The notes under the pieces were generated by a model. That model did not search any database and was not told the DNA's origin. It worked only from the letters and a program-made list of their open reading frames with translations. From Bdellovibrionota bacterium FG-2 (GTDB lineage: Bacteria; Bdellovibrionota; UBA1018): DNA of 12,913 nucleotides. A program made the position numbers and the translations under genes. Positions 1-6,024 of this stretch are shown here, piece by piece. The stretch covers positions 1-12,913 of the forward strand of contig JBBCAV010000068.1 of NCBI GenBank assembly GCA_051382305.1, read 5' to 3'. Position 1 is the first letter of the stretch, and every line of letters begins with the position of its first letter.

Positions 1-191
1 TTAATATATTTCTCAAAATCATAGGCTATTGGAAGAGTCTAACTACCCCAAAGTCCTGAGTCAACGAAATGTGCCTATTTGTTATGATGTTGCACAAAAT
101 TCTGAGCCGAGCTCTAGCAAAAATGAGAACGATTCAACGCGAAGCGTTCTTCACCTGCGAAACGAGACTCGCTTTTTTTTTGCCCGCTTCG

Positions 192-231
192 CGCCAGTCC
201 TCAGTTCAAAAACCATGTGACCACTGGGATC
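192..231 (-). pseudogene. Relic fragment homologous to an internal part of fur
   Basis: 33/40 nt identical to 1050..1089 with no gaps. Translates as DPSGHMVFELRTG versus DPSGHMVYELNTG in Fur. Confidence 0.6.
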
Positions 232-277
232 GCCCGAAGAGATGGTGAGAGCCGCGCCTGTGGCTAGCTGCTCCCCA

Positions 278-856
278 TTAACGGCACTTCATTCCGCCTT
301 GAACCCAAGCGTCGACTTCCTCTTTCCATTGCTCCAATCCTCCGGTCACAAGATCATTTTCAACCTTGCCTTCGGGCAGCCTTCCACTATTGGGTGTGGC
401 GTCCGCTATACCCCACAGTACACGAGGACTACCCAAGAGATGCTGAGTCAGATCCCGGGCAAGCTTATCTTTATGTTTAAACGAGGCGTGCATCCCTGCA
501 AGCACCGTCTCGCAAGTTTGTTGAGCATTCATGTCGGAGGTATAGAGTCCGGGGCGTGTGAACCATTCGTCAGCAGTTGCAAATCCGGTAACCTCCTGCT
601 TATGACACTCAACACATTTTTCAGCAGTGCGATCAATATGGGTGGTAAAAGAAAGTCCACCCAACCTTTTTTCGTAAAAATCATGACATCCAATGCAGCC
701 CTTGGCTTGAAACTTGGGAAAAAGATAAGTGCTAAAGAGCGATCCATCCGGCTGGACCGCGGCCTTCCAAAAAGTAGTACTCAGGAGCATTACTAAAAGG
801 ACACCCACCCCACCGGCAAACAAGAACTTGAGATATTTATTCATAACCCATCTCAC
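278..856 (-). CDS. Membrane-anchored or exported di-heme c-type cytochrome
   Basis: N-terminal hydrophobic anchor and two CXXCH motifs (CIGCH, CVECH). GTGA overlap with the fur stop; alternative ATG at 844. Confidence 0.75.
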   Translation of the reverse strand: MRWVMNKYLKFLFAGGVGVLLVMLLSTTFWKAAVQPDGSLFSTYLFPKFQAKGCIGCHDFYEKRLGGLSFTTHIDRTAEKCVECHKQEVTGFATADEWFTRPGLYTSDMNAQQTCETVLAGMHASFKHKDKLARDLTQHLLGSPRVLWGIADATPNSGRLPEGKVENDLVTGGLEQWKEEVDAWVQGGMKCR

Positions 857-1440
857 CGACGCTTTGCTTCTCGCTCCGCGTGCGAAGCGCGCTCCTTAAA
901 CAGACACTTCGCGTAGATCACATGCCGATGCTGAACGACCTCAAAGCCCATCTCCATGGCCAACGAGTCTTGCAATACTTCGAGTTTTTCGCTGTTGAAT
1001 TCAAAAATTTCACCGCAGTCTTTGCAGACAATATGATCGTGATGATCTTCGCCGGTGTTCAGCTCATAGACCATGTGACCGCTGGGATCTCGCATGGACT
1101 CATGAAGAATTTTGGCATCACAAAGAGTTTTGATATTGCGGTAAACCGTCGCAGCACCGATTTCGGGGTATTTTTTCCGCACTCGCTCAAGGATTCCCTT
1201 GGCATCCAGATGAACCCCTGAAGAGACGATGAGTTCGGCGATCTGAAACCGCTGCTTGGAGTGTTTCAAGTCTTCTTTAGCAATGTAGGCTTCTAAAGTT
1301 TCGCGCCACTTGGAAACCCTTGCCTTCTCTTGCCCCTCACAGCGAGTTTTTTTTCGCCCGCAAGGCAACATGCACGCGCACTTCTCGGTGCTGCATTTTA
1401 AATTATTTTTGGGAGATCCCGCCATGTTTAAGCTCATCAA
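853..1440 (-). CDS. fur: Fur-family metal-dependent transcriptional regulator
   Basis: SKQR, HLDA, IGAATVYRNIKTL (recognition helix), HHDHIVCKDCGEIFEF, HRHVIYAKC. Start uncertain (TTG 1440, ATG 1437, 1425 or 1371). Metal specificity (Fur/Zur/PerR) cannot be fixed from the sequence alone. Confidence 0.9.
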   Translation of the reverse strand: MMSLNMAGSPKNNLKCSTEKCACMLPCGRKKTRCEGQEKARVSKWRETLEAYIAKEDLKHSKQRFQIAELIVSSGVHLDAKGILERVRKKYPEIGAATVYRNIKTLCDAKILHESMRDPSGHMVYELNTGEDHHDHIVCKDCGEIFEFNSEKLEVLQDSLAMEMGFEVVQHRHVIYAKCLFKERASHAEREAKRR

Positions 1441-1460
1441 ACTCCATTGAGGAGTTTGAT
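1436..1460. promoter_or_regulatory. Perfect 10-bp inverted repeat covering the fur RBS and start codons
   Basis: ATCAAACTCC-ATTGA-GGAGTTTGAT. In the minus-strand mRNA the 3' arm is GGAG-U-UUG-AU(G). The repeat is directly visible; its function is inferred. Confidence 0.6.
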
Positions 1461-1461
1461 A

Positions 1462-1791
1462 TTATGCAAAATGGACAGAGCGTCTGCGACGAGATTTGTC
1501 TTTGCGATTGTCCGAAATTCCCTTGGATAATCCAACTCCGCCGCCTGCGATTGCGCCGGCAACTTTTGCCAAAACAGTCGGAATGATCGTCGCTTCAAGC
1601 AAAGCTCCCACACCAGTTGCACCAAGAGTTACCACGACAAAGCCAATCCCGATGCCAGCCATGGTCTTAGCCCCGAGCAGAAGCGCGTCTTCGGTATTAA
1701 GCGACTTCTCCAAATCGATTTCTGGCCCAGCGCCAAGTCCTTTGTTGGATTTAATTTCAAAATTTTCTGTCTCAAATGTACTGCTGCTCAT
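1462..1791 (-). CDS. Small glycine-zipper membrane protein
   Basis: AAGGGGAG RBS. Acidic N-terminus, GIGIGFVVVTLGATGVG...AGAIAGGGVGL hydrophobic core, basic tail (RKDKSRRRRS). Confidence 0.75.
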   Translation of the reverse strand: MSSSTFETENFEIKSNKGLGAGPEIDLEKSLNTEDALLLGAKTMAGIGIGFVVVTLGATGVGALLEATIIPTVLAKVAGAIAGGGVGLSKGISDNRKDKSRRRRSVHFA

Positions 1792-1823
1792 TGAATACTC
1801 CCCTTGTTACGTCTTCTGTTAAT

Positions 1824-2288
1824 TCAATAATTCTCAAACGAGAACTCATTATCCCGTTTCTTCCCACACGAACCAAAAACTGATGATAAAGAACAATCCC
1901 CATCGCAAGATTCAACGGCAGTCCCTTTTTTCGAACGTTTGCCCAGTTTCATCGCAGTCGCAATCCCCGCGCCCGCAATCGCAGCGCCTACCATAAGAGG
2001 TGAAGCTATGGCAGCCAAGGCGCCTCCCGCCAAAACCGTGCCCACAAACCCACTGCTAGAACCAATTACGGCGCCCACCGCTGCTGAATAGCTCGCGTCA
2101 CGAAACATTTTATCTCGTTGTTCACGCTCAAGAATTGCAATGGCTTCTTTTTTATCAAACGTCGCAAGCCTGCGATGTTTAGTCTTGGCGAGTTTTTCGG
2201 CAACCGCCATGTGCCTGCGATGCATCTTGCAGAGCTCGGGGCTGTAGCCTCTAAATTCGCAGACTTTGCAATCTCTGATAAATGCCAT
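1824..2288 (-). CDS. Membrane protein with N-terminal CxxC-x9-CxxH motif and Gly/Ala-rich hydrophobic hairpin
   Basis: GGAG RBS. CKVCEFRGYSPELCKMH, glycine-zipper-like AAVGAVIGSSSGFVG...GAAIAGAG, C-terminal CDGDC...CG. Confidence 0.75.
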   Translation of the reverse strand: MAFIRDCKVCEFRGYSPELCKMHRRHMAVAEKLAKTKHRRLATFDKKEAIAILEREQRDKMFRDASYSAAVGAVIGSSSGFVGTVLAGGALAAIASPLMVGAAIAGAGIATAMKLGKRSKKGTAVESCDGDCSLSSVFGSCGKKRDNEFSFENY

Positions 2289-2311
2289 TGCCGCTCCAAA
2301 TAGTAAATTCG

Positions 2312-3181
2312 CTAAACTCCAACAAACCCAACCGTGATATCACCGATTCGTTGTTCCTTTGCCCGAATCAGCCGACACACTTTTTGTTCCAACTCACCCG
2401 TTTCCTCCGCCGTCAACTCCGGCGCCACTTTAAGCTCAAGGTCAACTTTACAAACCTGACCCATCGAACGGGTTTTTAAACTTGGTATGTCTATAATCTC
2501 GGGGATCTGTTTTAGCAAGATTTTAATGCGCAATGGCAAACCATCATCCATCGAATAATCCATCAATCCCTGAACTGCGCGGATAAGATTTTCTCCGACA
2601 ATCTTAAATAAAATCAATATGATACAAATTGCCACGACCGGGTCCAGGTGCTGAATGCCCAAGCTCGTACCGATGATGGCCAACAAAACAACCAATGAAG
2701 TGAGGGCATCCGTTCGAACCGCCCAGGCGGCGGACATAATTGTGGGAGAGTTCATCTCAGAACCCACACACCTAAAATATCGAAACAGAAATTCATTTGC
2801 GATCACTGAAGTCGCCGCCACCACCGCAGCCGTTACGTGAGGAACATGATGCAACTCCTCTAATAGCGCTCTCACATTAGAGACCAAGAAAAGCGACATC
2901 ACGACAAGGATCGAAGTGTTCACCAATGCTGAAGCCACAAACTCGATTTTTCCGTACCCGTAAGGATAGCGCTCATCAGGTTTTCTTCCCGCAAAATATT
3001 GGGTAAAAAGAATCGAGGCCGATGAAACAAGGCAAACGGTCGAATGAATCGCCGCGGCCATGACGCCAGCCGACCCCCCAACCCAACCGATATAGTATTT
3101 CATTAAAGCCAAAACAAAACTGATGCCCACCCCAATCCAGGCGGCCTTCACTGCACATTCTTGACACTGCGGCTGTTTCAT
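2312..3181 (-). CDS. mamM: Magnetosome CDF transporter MamM
   Basis: N-terminal C6xxC9, WIGVGISFVLALMK..IGWVGGS, PYGYGKIEF, LLEELHHVPH, RCVGSEMNSP, GLMD and a CDF C-terminal domain. Second CDF of the cluster, closer to MamM than to MamB as I recall those sequences. Confidence 0.8.
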   Translation of the reverse strand: MKQPQCQECAVKAAWIGVGISFVLALMKYYIGWVGGSAGVMAAAIHSTVCLVSSASILFTQYFAGRKPDERYPYGYGKIEFVASALVNTSILVVMSLFLVSNVRALLEELHHVPHVTAAVVAATSVIANEFLFRYFRCVGSEMNSPTIMSAAWAVRTDALTSLVVLLAIIGTSLGIQHLDPVVAICIILILFKIVGENLIRAVQGLMDYSMDDGLPLRIKILLKQIPEIIDIPSLKTRSMGQVCKVDLELKVAPELTAEETGELEQKVCRLIRAKEQRIGDITVGFVGV

Positions 3182-3879
3182 ACGGTTTCCCTCGCAAAAT
3201 AATGAATCGCACGTCGACCAACACTATCGGCCGCGTAAATGTTCATCCCACTTCCAATCGCCAATCCCAACAGTGGGAGCCTCTTGACAACTCCCTTGAG
3301 CAAGGTGCTCGAAACAAGGGCTCGTCTAATCACACCTTCTTCAACTCCGGCAACAAGTCTGCCTGCCAAAACCTTCGAAACCATGCGGTCCACAGCTTTG
3401 GTCACGGTTTTTCGCAGCATCGAAGTCCTAAGCGTTTTTCCAAGATCAGGACTCGCCAATTCTTCACGCCCCACCAATCCTAGCGCGACATCAAATCCCA
3501 CTGCCTCGGGTGAGAAGCCATAGATGTTTCCGATCCGAAGCACCATGACAAACAAGGAGCGCAACACATACAATTCTTCAGGAATGATGCTCCCATAGGC
3601 GATGCCCACGCCAATCCCCGGAATCATCGAAACACTGGCGGCTGTCAAACCCGCCCCCCCACATTGCTTGATGCAGGTATTGACCACACTTTTTGCGCGC
3701 CTCCTCTGGCTCCAGTCGGGATTTTTAGCGCTCAAGGCAAGAGTTTCAGAAACTATCTCATCGTGCGAAATCCCGCCATAAACGCCACGTACACTGGCAG
3801 CAAGCTTCTGATTCAGTCCGGAGAGAAAATCTGAGTCCTGATCCTCTAGGCTTTCACTCGACTTCGCATTCTCACTCAC
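3178..3879 (-). CDS. EcsC-like protein of unknown function
   Basis: GGAGLTAASVSMIPGIGVG...VLRIGNIYGF and KRLPLLGLAIGSGMNIY...VGRRA..YF resemble the EcsC family. GTG start, ATGA overlap with mamM. Confidence 0.6.
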   Translation of the reverse strand: MSENAKSSESLEDQDSDFLSGLNQKLAASVRGVYGGISHDEIVSETLALSAKNPDWSQRRRAKSVVNTCIKQCGGAGLTAASVSMIPGIGVGIAYGSIIPEELYVLRSLFVMVLRIGNIYGFSPEAVGFDVALGLVGREELASPDLGKTLRTSMLRKTVTKAVDRMVSKVLAGRLVAGVEEGVIRRALVSSTLLKGVVKRLPLLGLAIGSGMNIYAADSVGRRAIHYFARETV

Positions 3880-3897
3880 GCATCACGCTCACGCTTC

Positions 3898-4167
3898 TCA
3901 TTCAACATCTAGCCGCTTCTGGTTCTTGCGCCGCTCTTTTTCCAGTAGCTTTTTAAGATGGCGAATGCGTTCAAAAAAGAGCTCTTCTTTTCGAAACACA
4001 AAATAATAACCACACAAAAACCCCGCAGCGAAACAGGAGAAGATTAAGAATATGCTCCTAAAATGAGCCTTCCCAGTCAGAAAAACCACTGGAACGTGCG
4101 AGGAGTTTTGAACGACGAAAAGAATCAGGAGAAAAATTCCGATAATGTAGAACACTTTTTTTACCAT
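3898..4167 (-). CDS. mamL: Magnetosome membrane protein MamL (LapA/DUF1049-like)
   Basis: 89 aa with two hydrophobic segments linked by FVVQNSSHVPVVFL and a strongly basic C-terminal tail (RIRHLKKLLEKERRKNQKR). GAGGAG RBS. Context upstream of mamM. Confidence 0.75.
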   Translation of the reverse strand: MVKKVFYIIGIFLLILFVVQNSSHVPVVFLTGKAHFRSIFLIFSCFAAGFLCGYYFVFRKEELFFERIRHLKKLLEKERRKNQKRLDVE

Positions 4168-4198
4168 CTCAGTCGTCTCCTCTTAGCTTTCAAAATCT

Positions 4199-4630
4199 TC
4201 ACGGCTTAGCCACTGAATGCATCAACTCCCCACACACAGGACAAATCGGAAGTCCAATGCGCCCGCATTCAGGACAAACAAACATGCCGTTTCCAAGGGG
4301 TTGCATGATCTTTTTACAGGTTCCGCACACAGGGTAGCCATGGGTGTGATCTTTGTCACAGACCACAGAACCTTCGACTGACCGCTGAGGGATGACATCT
4401 TGAGCATTAAACGCGACTTTATCGCCTCGTGGATCGCCTTTACCATCAGCTGGGCCATCCACAGGGTGATGCCCTTTTCGCAAATCATCGGCGTTAATGG
4501 TTCTCTTGCTGCCCGAAAGCACAAAGCTCACGGCCAAAACGACCACCAATGCGATGAGGCCCAGAATGCCCCAGATTTTGGTACTATCCGAGCCGCTGTT
4601 TGGCCCTTCGCTTGAGCCGCTATTTGACAT
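4199..4630 (-). CDS. Single-TM protein with multiple CxxC motifs (Mad-type accessory protein), 143 aa
   Basis: Start moved from 4765 to the ATG at 4630 (MSNSGSSEG), giving an 11-nt overlap with the upstream gene instead of 146 nt. TM IWGILGLIALVVVLAVSFVL, then CDKDH, CGTC, CPEC, CPVC. Confidence 0.8.
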   Translation of the reverse strand: MSNSGSSEGPNSGSDSTKIWGILGLIALVVVLAVSFVLSGSKRTINADDLRKGHHPVDGPADGKGDPRGDKVAFNAQDVIPQRSVEGSVVCDKDHTHGYPVCGTCKKIMQPLGNGMFVCPECGRIGLPICPVCGELMHSVAKP

Positions 4631-5018
4631 AAATAACGTCCATCTTATGTCTGCAAACCTGGCAGACGGGATCGCCATTAACCGCATAATCAGGCAAACC
4701 CGTCGCGCCACAGACCGGGCAGACATATTGCCCCGCCTGTTTTGATACGACAGTTTTCTTGGCAACCGGCACAGGCTGAAGAATCTGTAAAACGCGATCT
4801 ACGGTGTTGGCTTGAGGCGCTGCTGCTGGTACGCCGCCAGCAGCTTGCAAGTATACGGCAGCATCCTTCATATCGCCTTTCCACTTATCGTAGCCATTGA
4901 TCGTGACATAAAGCCCCGTGGTCAGAAGAGTTACGACAAAAACTACGATTAACCAAAGTCCTGTCTTACCCTTCACGGCCAATAAAGAATCCGACGGCGT
5001 TGATTCATCTCGCTTCAT
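4620..5018 (-). CDS. Single-TM protein with C-terminal 2xCxxC metal-binding module (Mad-type accessory protein)
   Basis: AGGAGA RBS, TM (LWLIVVFVVTLLTTGLYVTI), Ala/Pro linker, YVCPVCGATGLP...PVCQVC. Confidence 0.8.
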   Translation of the reverse strand: MKRDESTPSDSLLAVKGKTGLWLIVVFVVTLLTTGLYVTINGYDKWKGDMKDAAVYLQAAGGVPAAAPQANTVDRVLQILQPVPVAKKTVVSKQAGQYVCPVCGATGLPDYAVNGDPVCQVCRHKMDVIYVK

Positions 5019-5046
5019 GATCTGTCTCCTTCATATCTCACAAATT

Positions 5047-6024
5047 TCATTGCGCTGTTCCCCAAGCTTCTTTGGCAAAATTAATTGGAACCGCAAAACC
5101 AATCCCTGTAAAATTCCCACCCTGCACATACGAAGCAAAAGTAATCCCGACCACTTCACCATCTGCGTTGACTAAAGGACCGCCCGAATTGCCATCGTTG
5201 ATCGTGGCATCGGTCTGAATGGCCCCCTGAACCAGCATCCCATTTACGGTCACATCCTTTTTGCCGCTGACAATTCCGGAGGTCACGGTGCCAGAAAGTG
5301 AAAAAGGATTACCGACCGCCATCACAACATCGCCCGTACGAAGGCGATCAGAATTTCCCATTCGGGCAAAAGGAAATTTTTCGGTCGAACGAATTTTCCC
5401 AATCACAAGTGGTGAATCAGGATCTCGCGCAATAATGCGCGCCGTAAATTGATTTTGACCTGCGCGGTAGAGCACAACCTGCAAATTATTGTTATCGCCT
5501 ACAACATGCTTCGTCGTGATGAACAGTCCCTTCGAATCAATGATCACACCTGATCCCACGGCCATGTTCGAGTTCATAACGAATGGATCGCCCATCTTGA
5601 TGCCCGTATTGGGGTCTGTCCCGGTCCTTTGATTAGGCACCACAATGATCTTAATTACAGCAGGCCGCACCAAACTCACAACCTGGTGCAGGCTTTCGTC
5701 AATCGCGCCTCCATCACCCGGTTGGGGAACTTGAAGCGCGACTCCTTGGGGTTCCACCGCGGGTTCCATGCGACGCTCGAACCTCGGTTCCATTCGAAGT
5801 TCTACCCTGGGCTCCATTTGCGGTTCCAACTGCTGCTCAACTTCACCGACAATCGGCATCCGAGCACTCGTTCGCGGCGCAGGCTTCGTCGGCCACATCG
5901 CTCTTACGAAAAATCCTGCCACAAATGCGACGACGAGAAACTTAAGGATAAACACCCAAGTCGCGGATTGCGCGATGTTCTCCTTCGTAATGCGAAAGTC
6001 TTTTATTTTATCAAATCCCGCCAC
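5047..6024 (-). CDS. mamE-Nter: Membrane-anchored trypsin-like protease domain, MamE-Nter-like, possibly inactive
   Basis: TM, Pro/Glu repeat linker, GSGVII, TTKHVV, IQTDATINDGNSGGPL. The expected DLA motif reads SPLV. GTG start with GAGGTGA RBS, 14-nt overlap with the upstream gene. Name from gene order. Confidence 0.6.
   Translation of the reverse strand: MAGFDKIKDFRITKENIAQSATWVFILKFLVVAFVAGFFVRAMWPTKPAPRTSARMPIVGEVEQQLEPQMEPRVELRMEPRFERRMEPAVEPQGVALQVPQPGDGGAIDESLHQVVSLVRPAVIKIIVVPNQRTGTDPNTGIKMGDPFVMNSNMAVGSGVIIDSKGLFITTKHVVGDNNNLQVVLYRAGQNQFTARIIARDPDSPLVIGKIRSTEKFPFARMGNSDRLRTGDVVMAVGNPFSLSGTVTSGIVSGKKDVTVNGMLVQGAIQTDATINDGNSGGPLVNADGEVVGITFASYVQGGNFTGIGFAVPINFAKEAWGTAQ
5746..5829 (-). 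repeat. Degenerate 12-bp coding tandem repeat (7 tetrapeptide units)
   Basis: LEPQ-MEPR-VELR-MEPR-FERR-MEPA-VEPQ. On the + strand gg(t/c)tcca recurs at 5750, 5762, 5786, 5810 and 5822 (multiples of 12 bp). Confidence 0.8.

Noticed and set aside
173-187. Short similarity between TTTTTTTTTGCCCGC and the fur 5' region near 1347-1361 (TTTTTTTTCGCCCGC)
   Set aside because: Mostly a homopolymer run and not collinear with the 40-nt fur relic, so it could be chance.
136-193. Possible terminator: GCGA-N8-TCGC followed by 9 T on the + strand, inside a 9-bp inverted pair CGCGAAGCG (138-146) / CGCTTCGCG (185-193)
   Set aside because: The stem is only 4 bp and the T tract is on the wrong strand for the operon. 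Too weak to call.
29-220. 63-aa plus-strand ORF at the left edge
   Set aside because: TTG start with no clear RBS, no recognisable motif, and it overlaps the fur relic on the opposite strand.
4631-4765. Longer 188-aa version of the CxxC protein starting at 4765
   Set aside because: It would overlap the upstream gene's Cys domain by 146 nt. The ATG at 4630 gives a typical short overlap and a sensible N-terminus.
1462-5018. Assigning specific mad numbers (mad5-mad9) to the accessory genes
   Set aside because: Only positional recollection supports this and I cannot verify sequence identity, so the symbols are left blank.
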